Part shown: positions 1 through 39,783 of the stretch, one piece after another | Layout: each line of letters starts with the position of its first letter | Numbering within the stretch: position 1 is the stretch's first letter | Assembly (NCBI GenBank): GCA_963693365.1 | Contig: CAVNZM010000007.1 | Location: 4,213,962-4,277,961, forward strand | DNA: 64,000 bases | From: Amoebidium appalachense | Lineage: Eukaryota; Protista; Ichthyosporea | Reading direction: 5' to 3' | Position numbers and translations under genes: made by a program | The notes under the pieces: model-generated | Seen by the model: the letters and a program-made list of their open reading frames with translations, nothing else | Told to the model about the DNA's origin: nothing | The model's database searches: none

Positions 1-502
1 CTGTGGACTAATGTAGGCCAGCTTCCTCTTTCTTTTCTCGCTTTCCTTATTTGTACACGCACCAAACACGAAATAAACAGCTGATAGGGTGGGGATTAGA
101 TGGACAACACAATCGTCAAAGAAGTTGCCACTTTTTTTCTTCCTCTCTTTTTGCACCGTCTGTAATCTGTATCTGCGAACACCTTTTGTTTCTCGGTGAA
201 TTTCCCCCCCCCCCCCCCGTGTGCGTGTGTGGTGTGTGTGTTGGGGGAGGGGGGGGGGGGAAGCTCACGGTGATATGGCGTGCTTTTGAATGATGTCTGT
301 GTTTCGTGTGTTTGCTACATATAGTTACTGGATAGATGCATGGATGTGATTTTGAAATATTGTCCGAATATGGCCAAAATGATTCAGGAATCATATGGAA
401 AGGAAGCTCATATCATCCACTTACCCACATGCTCGCCTGCACACACATACGAACCCACCCACCCACATAGACCCACACAGCCACACACACACTTCATTTC
501 AC

Positions 503-597
<95 letters not shown>

Positions 598-669
598 CTA
601 CACAATCACCCTCGCTCGCCCGCACACACACACGCACGCACGCACCCACACACCCACGCACACGTGCAG

Positions 670-2526
670 ATAGACGGTATTATCCGTGTAGACCATGCTG
701 GGGAGTTGGGTGCCGATCGAATCTATGCTGGCCAGATGGCTGTTTTGGGCAAGACACCAGTAGGCCCCGTTATTCAGGTGAATTCATTCCCCCCCGTTGG
801 GTTTCGTTAACGAGGGGAATAGGTCGAAACTCGGGTACTGTGGATGACGTGGGCCCCCCCTGAGGATGGGCTCTGCTTATTATGCATACTCTTTATGTAT
901 GGCTTGCATTCTGCATCGTGTTATCCGTTTGTTCTTGTGTACTTCGTACTTTTTGACGCATTCAAAACCCCCCCCCCCCTCCCCCCCCCCCCAAAAAAAA
1001 ACAAAACAAAAAAAACAAACAAAAAAAAAACCACCCTCCCGGGCGTACACCAACGTGCATCCTTTCTTTCATTCCTTTGCATGCACCCAAGCGTTCTTGC
1101 ACATCTAACCTCCTAATTTCATATGCCCTTCTGTTTTGAGCAGGTTTTTTCCTGTTGTTCGTAAGATGGTTGACCAATGCTGCACTTCTATTCACCTCTC
1201 ACGATTCTATTGCCGTCTTTTTTTTTTCCGAATGTGATTCGTCACGTGGTTGTATCCGCCCACGGGGACACAAGAATGTGACAGGTGGGTGGGTGGGGGG
1301 AGGGGGAAGAGGGGGGGGCGGGAGGGATGGACCCTGATTTGTGTCCCATTAAGGAGACTTGGGGGATGGTTTTCAAATAAAAAAAATTGGGGGTGCGCAG
1401 CCGATCAAGATCGACCAAATTCCCTAATTGATCCAGTCGGTCAATCGAGGCCGGAAGGTCCGAAAATTCAACTTTCAATATAAACCCCATGTCATTTGTG
1501 AGAGAATGAGCGCAGAAACCGGGGGAGAAAATTTTTTTTTGATTAGAAAGTGGGGGTTGGTTAGTTATGATTTATGTATATCTACCAGTGAAAAAATTTG
1601 GTTCGAGCTGCCCGTTATCGCTTAGCGTAAGCATATATGGAGGATGTAGAAATCGATTTTTCCACGGGCTGACACATCAACATCCATTATGTAATTAACC
1701 CCCACTTTATTAGTAGGATTTTTTTTTCAGGGCGAGTTTCTGTGCTCATTCTCTCACAAATGACATGGGGTTCATAATGAAAGTTGATTTTTTCGGACCT
1801 TCCGGGCTCGATTGACCGACTGGATCAATTATGGAATTTGGTCGATAGATCGGCTGCGCACCCCCAATTTTTATTTGAAAATCCTCCCCCAAGTCTTTTT
1901 AAGTTATCGACCCCCCCCCCCCCCCCCCCCCCAGACGCAATTGATGACTTGGGCCCTCCCTGATGATGGGCTCTATGACGCATACTGCGCGCATGGCTAT
2001 GTTGCATACTTGAATGTTTGCCTTTGCATGTGTCCTGCACCATGCTTCTCGTCGTGTATGCGTACTTCGTACCGTGTTCCGCATTCAAACCCCCCCCAGT
2101 CTTCTTTCAGAGGTGTCCTTTCAGGACAGACCACTGTGTGGAGACCGCTTTACTTCCATGCAACCGGGCATGGTTGCTCTGTGTCGTGCATCTGTAAGCA
2201 CATACGCATTTTTCGCTGCACTGCATTAGATTGCACACACATACTCACCGTTTTGCTCACCTTGCCTGCATAAGCAACCCTGCTCGTCTTTGATCAAGAC
2301 GGGTTGACCCTCCCAAGTTCAGTTGATGCTGCTGTCTGAGTTGGAGAGTCGTATATGCGGGCTAAGGGGTCGAAACTCAGACGCAATTGATGACGTGGGC
2401 CCTCCCTGAGAATGGGCTCTGCTTATGACACATACTGCGCGCATGGCTATGTTGCATACTTGAATGTTTGTCTTTGCATGTGTCCTTCGTGTATGCGTAC
2501 TTCGTACCGTGTTCCGCATTCAAACA

Positions 2527-2588
<62 letters not shown>

Positions 2589-2658
2589 AGGGAAAAAAAA
2601 ATACGCACACACAAACAGGCTTGCGCGCGCGCGCGCACGCACACGCACACACACACAG

Positions 2659-2725
<67 letters not shown>

Positions 2726-2978
2726 CACGCACGCACACACGCACACACACACCACTTGCACACACACGTGCGCGTGCACACACACACCCCCACATGTAAG
2801 GGATGTCTTGCACCTTTACTTACTGACCGCATGGACAGCACATGTGGGAGCAGGAGAAGCACCACCTGGCCACGTTTGAGCGGCTCATCACAGAGTACCG
2901 CATACGACCTACTGCACTGTACCCTCTGTGGAGTGTGGCCGGGTACGCCCTGGGTACGTGCATGGCTTGAATATACAG

Positions 2979-3015
<37 letters not shown>

Positions 3016-3127
3016 TGCTGGTGTGTGTGTGCGTGTGTTGTGTCGTTTGTGTGATATTTGGTTCACATACACGCGTGTAGGCACACACACACGCGCGCAC
3101 GCGCGCAGACACGTACACACACCGGGC

Positions 3128-3211
<84 letters not shown>

Positions 3212-3576
3212 GACACGGATGCGCACACGCACACGCGTGCACAAGCGCGCACACACGGTTGATAGGTGTGCATTCTGACTAAACATCTATATACAGGTGT
3301 ATATGCTGACCCACCGTCTATTGTAAGCGCATATGCTGGCCCGTCATATATATATATATATATATATGCTGACCTACCATCTATTTATGGATTTAATATG
3401 CTGACCTACCATCTACTTATAGATTTAATATGCTGACCCACCATCTATTTATAGATTGACATGCTGACACACATCTATTTATAGGAGCAGGCACGGCCCT
3501 TCTTGGCAAGGAGGCAGCCATGGCCTGCACCGTGGCAGTTGAAACCGTCATCGGCGAGCACTATGACAGGTTAATA

Positions 3577-3626
<50 letters not shown>

Positions 3627-4930
3627 CCCCCTTTTTGGGGAGGAATAAAGCTACTCGAAGTTTCGTTGGGAAGGTAAGAAACATTTCGAGCTGTCTGCAC
3701 CGTTTAGAAATGCCGGTCTACTTATTATAGTCAAAGGAAAAGGGGAGAAGGGCAAGAGGGGGGGACTAGTCGGTCGTGCAATTATTCTGCACCCATGTTT
3801 ATGCACATGCACACACACACACTGACTGCATGCTGCAGCCAGCTACGGGAGCTACTGGGGGTGAGCAGTGACCCTGCACGGCACAAGGAGTTGAGGGACA
3901 TCATTAGGGAGTTCAGGGATGATGAGTTGGGCCATCTGAACACGGGACTAGAGCACGACGCAGAGCAGGTGGCTGTTTTTTTTTATTAATTACTGTCCCC
4001 TCTTCCCCCCCCCCCTCCCCCCCCCCCCCCCGGCCACGCCGCTGCCTGCCCGCCTTTGTCCTAATGTTTCTAAGGGAAGGTGGGGTCGGGTGCATGGGTG
4101 GAAAGTCGTAGGGTAGGGGATGGAGGTGGTGGTGGTTCTTGTGGCGGGTTTTGGGGGGGATCCCCGGGGGCGGGGGGGGGGGGGGGGGGGGGGGGATACC
4201 ATAAGCACACACAGAGAGATATGCAAACCGTAAGCACACACACACACAGACAGGCATGACCAGAGACACAGACAAGCACACTTGTGAAGACTGTTCTCTC
4301 TCAAGCAGCTCAGGTTGTCCAAATGCTCGTGCTCGTGTGCTTGATTGTGTCTCTGGTCATGCCTGTCTCACTGTATGTGTGCCTGTGGTCATGCCTGTCT
4401 CTCTGTATGTGTGCCTGTGGTCATGCCTGTCTCTCTGTATGTGTGCCTGTGGTCATGCCTGTCTCTGTGTGTGTGTGCCTGTGGTCATGCCTGTCTCTCT
4501 GTGTGTGTGCCTGTGGTCATGCCTGTCTCTCTGTATGTGTGCCTGTGGTCATGCCTGTCTCTCTGTATGTGTGCCTGTGGTCATGCCTGTCTCTCTGTAT
4601 GTGTGCCTGTGGTCATGCCTGTCTCTCTGTATGTGTGCCTGTGGTCATGCCTGTCTCTCTGTATGTGTGCATGTGGTCTCTGCTTCTCTGTGTGTGCTTG
4701 TGATTCTGTCTGCCTGATGTCATACCTGCGTGTGTGTGTGTGTGTGTGCGTCTGATCATGCCTCTTCCTGTGTGTGTGCCTATGGTCGTGCCTGTCTCTC
4801 TCTGTGTGCTTGAAGATGTCTCTGTCTGTGTGCTCTGACCATACTCGTGCAGGCACCCATGTTCCAGCTACTGAGGGGGGCAGTGGAGACGGGCTGCCGG
4901 GCTGCAATCTGGGTGGCCCAGCGTGTGTGA
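670..4930 (+). CDS. COQ7: 5-demethoxyubiquinone hydroxylase COQ7/clk-1 (spliced; 5' exons upstream of window)
   Basis: Phase-consistent GT-AG exons 670-777, 2839-2953, 3485-3569, 3839-3968, 4853-4930 translate to [77 protein letters not shown], the di-iron carboxylate motifs of COQ7. Confidence 0.95.
796..968 (+). mobile_element. Poly(C)-anchored dispersed repeat, subfamily A, 5'-truncated copy (COQ7 intron)
   Basis: Near-identical to the reverse complement of 31845-32015 and to 58635-58740; flanked by C-runs on both sides; ends CGCATTCAAAA+(C)n. Confidence 0.8.
1353..1898. mobile_element. Non-autonomous DNA transposon (MITE) with ~200-bp terminal inverted repeats and TTAA target-site duplication, Kolobok-like
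   Basis: TTAA at 1349-1352 and 1899-1902; 1353-~1560 is the imperfect reverse complement of ~1695-1898 (GACTTGGGGGA..TTTCAAATAAAAA..TTGGGGGTGCGCAGCCGATC). Termini start with purines (GG/AA), which fits Kolobok rather than piggyBac (CCY). Confidence 0.8.
1932..2090 (+). mobile_element. Poly(C)-anchored dispersed repeat, subfamily B, 5'-truncated copy upstream of a full unit
   Basis: Matches 2378-2525 and the reverse complement of 6681-6847; preceded by a C-run and followed by C8. Confidence 0.8.
2098..2525 (+). mobile_element. Poly(C)-anchored dispersed repeat, subfamily B, putative full-length unit (~430 nt) with structured RNA core
   Basis: Shares CCTTGCCTGCATAAGCAACCCTGCTCGTC..GATCAAGACGGG with the reverse complement of 32050-32094; 3' end CCGCATTCAAAC followed by C-run; no credible coding capacity. 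Confidence 0.75.
3276..3484 (+). repeat. ~31-bp tandem repeat made of a branch-point plus acceptor module
   Basis: Repeated ATGCTGAC(C/A)..CCATCTA(T/C)TTATAG units; the last supplies the acceptor of COQ7 exon 3485. Confidence 0.75.
4355..4800. repeat. ~30-bp minisatellite (TGTGTGCCTGTGGTCATGCCTGTCTCTCTG) in last COQ7 intron
   Basis: About ten near-identical tandem units plus degenerate flanking units. Confidence 0.9.
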
Positions 4931-4988
4931 TGGGGCTTTGCCGAAGCAAGTTTCTCTTCTCTTTTTTTTTTTTTTTTGCGTATAGATT

Positions 4989-5061
<73 letters not shown>

Positions 5062-6266
5062 ACTTTTCTTTTTTTTTTTTTTTTTTTGCCGCGCGTAGGG
5101 GAGTTGACCATCCGTGTTCTTATTTTGAATGGCCGTTGTGTTGCAATGAGAGTGCTGGGTGCGGGCAAGGAATTTAGTAGTACGTGCAGGTCATTTCTTG
5201 TGGGTTTGTCTATTTATATTAGCTTTGTAGCACATGCAACCCCGTCCAACATGGTGCATAGATGTATTCTTTGGTAACATTTCATGACTGTTTCGTGGCA
5301 GGTTGTCGGCGACCAATCACACAACTACATGTTGTTAGACAGTGCATGATCGGGCTTGTGTTCTCCATTGAGCACCCAAATATCTTTCGTCCGTTTATGA
5401 ATGATGCACACATGTGCACACAGTGCTATGCCGGCCACAGTGCATATACCAGCACGTGAATAGCGGTCCAGCCGCGTACCAGACAAATAAACCACACACG
5501 AAACAAACACCACTAATGTGAGGCATATTGCAGAAAATCAAAAGGTTTGGCACTCCCACCCATGTGTTGCAATTGCATAATTGAAAGCACCAAATCGTTC
5601 TAGATCTATGTTCGTGGACGTCGTGTCCAAAAGAAAACCAAGGCCATCGTGACATGAAAAACATGTTTGCACTAGACACAGACACGAACGGCCACCCAAA
5701 CGAACAGTGTCTACAATAAGCAGCCATGAGCACATAGAGCGCTTATGTTAGCTAGATATCAAAATATATCACCACCCAACCTTCAGAAACGTCAATTTCC
5801 ATTGATAACTGTAGAGATATTCCTACCCACTCAACCCACGATATACATGTGCAATACAACTGGGGATGAATTATACTTGATGAAAGTGTGAAGATTTAAG
5901 CAAAAGTAGTTCTAGTATCACAGGATTATGCCTTCATCTTGCCAGCACAGCACACCCCCTAACACCTAACCCATAGACTCGATCTGATCTGCGGCTAATC
6001 CCCGCTATATGTACAATATATATAAACACTAACATTGCCAATACGGGCCCTTTCAATCCCAAGTCAAACAAGACGAGCGCGGGGAAAAGAAAAAAAGGAA
6101 AAAGAAAGAAAAAGAAAAAAAGAGGGGGGAAGGGAAAATATTCAAGCCTACGAACGAACCACACACCAGTTGCTGCAGGCCACATCACAGCGTGCCGCGC
6201 CCAGATTTCGTGTATATGCAGCACAGTCAGGCCAAATGGTGACATGTCGGGTCGGGCCGGGCCGGA

Positions 6267-14740
<8,474 letters not shown>

Positions 14741-16208
14741 TTTCTATTATAAGGCAGCGTCGCCGGACGTAAGCTCTTCGTTAGTTGTGGCGCTGTAGAA
14801 GGTGCGGTTGTTCAAGAATTTTAAGATCCGCCAGAGGGCGAAGGCTGCAGCACGCACTCAGGCACCAACACCAATAGAGCTAGCAGACGCTACCCTCTAG
14901 TCGTGCGAACACTACCACCGCTAATCTATTACAGTCTTGCGTGATCACGAGATCATAACCATGAGCAAGGCCACATTAATTCCGGCTACCGCTAAGTAAG
15001 AGTACTAAAGTACGCCTCCCAACTACCACATACAGTACAAATGCACGTGTACAGTTTGCGCATCGCCCACTGATGACTGATCAGTCTACATGTGGAGACT
15101 CCAACACTGTGATTTGTTTTAAAAATCTGTTCAGGACTACCCCGTGATGACGTCACACACACTGTCTTGCCTCCAGGCGCGAGCTGCGCCAACCTGCGCC
15201 ACGGTGCGCCGCATCCTCGAGAGGGGTGTATTTGCTGTATGTGCACGTGTTTGCGTGTTAGGTAGCGCGATGCATGCACCAAAACCTGCACCAATAAAGG
15301 CGTTTAACTTTTGGCAACTAAGCTTCAAGTGGTGGCTAGGGTATATACTAACCTATACGAGTCAAAGATTTTATATTAGTGTGTGTTACACATGTTCTCA
15401 AAGTATCAAGCCTTGCGAGTGGTTCGCTCCATATGTACCAATGATTCAGCGGAAAATAGAGAACATAAATGCAATACATGTACATTTTCTTGAACCCGCA
15501 AAGGTTGAGGATCTGCACAACATAGTAAGCTGGCCTGAGGGCCTGCACACAGGCCCTGTTTTCCCGTGCACCTTTAGTTTCTCCCTTCAGATCTGCATTG
15601 CGGCGGACAGACTTCACAATGCTTTGAGAAACTCTTTGTGTATCTGAGCCCGGCGGCCTCCATACTGCCTAAACCCAAACGTTTTCAGTCGGCTCCTGCA
15701 CTGCTGTACCTCTGCATAATGAGAACCTTCGTCACTGCAAACTGCGCATGAGCAGCATGCATGCACATGCAGAGTTTTCATCCCCACAAAGGCCCTATAA
15801 CCGACAGGAAACTATGGTACGAGCTCTTTGTGTTATTCACGGATATACATACACGCGACAGTGTAGTCCCACAAGCACCACCCTGTTGTTCATCCTTGGA
15901 TTGCTTGTGCACTCTTTCTCCTCTTGCATCCTGGTTTCCGAGGCAGCGGGCCAGCGGCTCCAGCCGCCCTTGAGCTATTGTAGAAGCTGTGCACAGGCTG
16001 TGAGCCACCTGAGCCCATCTCGACATCTGATTGGCGCATGCGGAGTTGCCTTGCAGCTGATTGGTGTTCTTCAAAATATTTCTGCAGGTTTGTAAACAGA
16101 AAGCTTCATTTCTCACTCATTGTTTCCTTTCCACCTACATAGCAACTAATAAGTCCCACCCGCCAACTTCTTATACAGCACGGAATAAGACTTTACTCCG
16201 TCTTCACT

Positions 16209-22460
<6,252 letters not shown>

Positions 22461-22907
22461 CCTGCAGCAAACATACATAGTGACGTACCTCGGTGTTATT
22501 CGATCGACGTGGGGTTAAGGGGTGATGTAGATTCACAGTAGTTTTTTAGATAAATACGAGTCGGGGGGAAACGGGTATGTGGCAGGTGGTATGATTTGCT
22601 TACGGATGAAATGTGTATGAACGTTGTGTGAACGTTGTTGGTGTCAGATTCTGGCCGCATCCACAGAACACCAGCCCATTATCATGGTGCAGTTCGACTG
22701 GGTGTACAGTATGTAGGTGCATGGCAAAGTCGAGAGAAGATGTGAAGGCAATCGGGTCCTTGTTTTGTTTTTTGTCCCCGACCGCCTGAGTGCACATGTA
22801 CCATCGGTGTGTCACAGACAGGCACAAGACCAGCTCAAGCCCTATGTGTACTTTTATGCAGCCGACCACCCCGTTTGATTTTTTTTTTTATTATTTTATA
22901 TTTTATC

Positions 22908-22976
<69 letters not shown>

Positions 22977-23118
22977 CACTTTCAATTGAGGCCCGGGAGG
23001 CCGTGGCCGAATACAGTATGTTGTATGTGTGTGCAGATGCATGGAACGAAGTGCATGCGCAACGTACTTTGTTTGTCATTTGAAAGCAAGCCAGATCAGC
23101 ACGGCAACGATCGCGACA

Positions 23119-23156
<38 letters not shown>

Positions 23157-23664
23157 CGCCCCCCCACAAACCAACCACCACCGGTACGTATACGACCGCC
23201 ACCCAGTCCAGTCTGCGGCCAGATGTAGCCATGTTGTTACCGGAGAATTCTGATATCAAGATTTGCACATGCGCGCTTGGCCGCTGCATACGTATACACA
23301 TCTTGTAGATATCAGCCGATGTTCCGGCTTTCCGGCACATATATATATATATATATATGCTTATATGCTTCAGCTCAATGGCATCGAAGTCTTGAGTCAA
23401 TAGCGCTAACCCACAGCTAATGTATGCCAAACTATCAAGGTCATAAAAGCGGCACTGGTGAACACTAGGGGGAACAACACCGGGTGTGCATGTGTGTGTG
23501 TGTGTGTACGTGTGCGCGAGTGTTTGTGTTTGTGCTTTTCTTTTTTTTTTTTTTTTTTCTTTCTTTTTTTTTTTTTTGTGTGTGTGTGTGTGTGTCTGTT
23601 TACGTGTGTATGTATGTGTGTGATGGTGGTGGTGGTGGGTGGGTGGGTGGTGGCGGGAGGCGGC

Positions 23665-23696
<32 letters not shown>

Positions 23697-24504
23697 TCAA
23701 TCGTTGGCTGACGTACATCAGGAACCGGAATGTGCATAAAGCACTGATGTATCGAGTGCAGGGCTTACAAAGCCGTACACGGTTGGTGAAACCCTCAGAA
23801 CAAGCACTATGATAGATGTAAAATAATATTTCAGAATGTACAAAAAACGAGCAAGCACATGTGGGTAGGTGCCTTCGTCATGTATTAAGGGTAGATTGAT
23901 ATACAAATATAACAGTTCAAGGCGAGAGAATTCTGTTTTCATAAACAAACAAACCGTATTCATAAACAAAGAAAACGTGGGAATGCAAGTAAATACGGCT
24001 AAAAAACACTATCGGTTGGCAAGTCATTTTGTCATCATACGAAACTTTTGCATAGCATGGATATCACAATCAACAAAATACTCCTAACCCCCATAATATC
24101 TTAAACACCCCCCCCCCCCCCCCCCCCCCCCCAACTCCCCCCTCCCCTAGCCAGCACACACCCCTCTGTATATACGATTTACTTGCCACACAAGATTAAA
24201 GCAAGCAAAGGGCGATAGAAGCCACCCATCAATCCATTCTACTCAACACCAATTGTTACAATCCACTGTGGCGCCCAGATATATATCATCCCCCACCAGC
24301 TAATAGGCTGACTGATTAGCCCAACACACACAACTTCATGTTCAATGCACTGCGACAAACTGCACGCCCTGTGTGTCTGAAGCATACCCCCTTACACACA
24401 TACAGTACTGTCTAACATTATAAACGACTCAACAAGTGCTCCTTCAACAACACACATACGTGGACCCCCCCTTCAGACCCTTTATCCGACTGGGCACAGC
24501 CTTT

Positions 24505-38739
<14,235 letters not shown>

Positions 38740-39783
38740 TTTTGGTTTCGACCCGACTCGCAAGAGTCAAAAGAAACAACCAGAGAAAAAAGAAGGGCTG
38801 TATTAACAGAAATTACCACTTCTCTGTTTCTTGTTCTACTGCGTTTGCGTGACACTTCTCCATGGATCTACCAACGAGTCAGTCTGAGTGGATCTGGTGT
38901 GGCCTGTCCCACCATAGGAATTTCGAGTGCAGGGATGTTGGCTGACACCTGAGGCAAAAGTGACTATAAGTGCATACTCGAAGCACTAGCTGATAAGTAA
39001 CCCTACTCCAAACGTTTTGACACACGCAAATCGTCTGTGCTTGTCTCGACGGGCCACTTTGAATTCGTTCGCACTACGAACAAAGAGCAACCTGGTTACG
39101 GCTGCCCAATACGTATAGTAGTACTTTGCAGCGAGAAGAGCCGCGAGAATCGTGACCAGAGTATAAGTGACCCCCAACTTCTAGACAACAACAAAAAAAT
39201 GGTCGTGGCAGTAAAAAAAACAAAAACAAAAAAAAAAAACAAAAAAAAAAAATGGCAATATTAAATAGATTTATAACACAACACGAGAGCTTATTGAGTT
39301 ACAGTGCTGCTTCCACATATGTAACCTGATAGTCACAAGTTGTCACAAACTGACACTGGTTTACACGGTCTATATTTTGGAAACGGTGGGAGCCGCTGTA
39401 TAGGTACAGGTGGTAACTTGTTTTAGCCTTCATCGCGTGTCAGATATCTTTGCCTAGATCTAGACAAGGGTGTGGTGATGTCAATTTTTGTCAATTTGAA
39501 AGGCTTACTGGATTAAATCTTTTTAAAAACATAGTTTCATTCGCCGGATCATTCCATAAGATTTAATTGACCTTAAAGTCATGCCTGTGTGTTTTTGTTG
39601 GCGGCGGGCGGCCCGGGCTGCCGACCTTCGTTCTGAGTTGTGCATGTGATTTGGAAAAGACAGACTGAGAAAACAAAAAAACGGTTTCTCAGGAAATTCT
39701 GTTATAGAGGCGTGTTAGTTAGTTTTTTTTTTTTACTAAACGTGGGCTGTGTGTCAGCACACACGCTGCTAACGAGCTCTAAA

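Noticed and set aside
1353-1898. Interpreting the TTAA MITE as a derivative of the piggyBac at 50338
   Set aside because: Termini lack CCY and I see no similarity to the flanks of the transposase gene.
2274-2283. Telomerase-template-like CAACCCTG next to a pseudoknot
   Set aside because: Does not give ~1.5 copies of a TTAGGG-type repeat, and the sequence is a multi-copy, 5'-truncated repeat.
2388-2410. Box C (TGATGA) and box D (CTGA) or SECIS-like motif
   Set aside because: Only about 12 nt apart, box C is altered in subfamily A (GGATGA), and the GGGCCC/GGGCTC hairpin explains the region better.
2366-2420. Hammerhead-like words GAAA and CUGA(G/U)GA in the repeat
   Set aside because: Order and flanking pairing do not give stems I-III of any hammerhead topology; stem II cannot form.
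2377-3273. Long ORFs rich in HT/CV/PP/GG (this one and many similar, e.g. 9958-11022, 55005-55724)
   Set aside because: Translations of (CA)n/(TG)n and homopolymers that lack stop codons; not genes.
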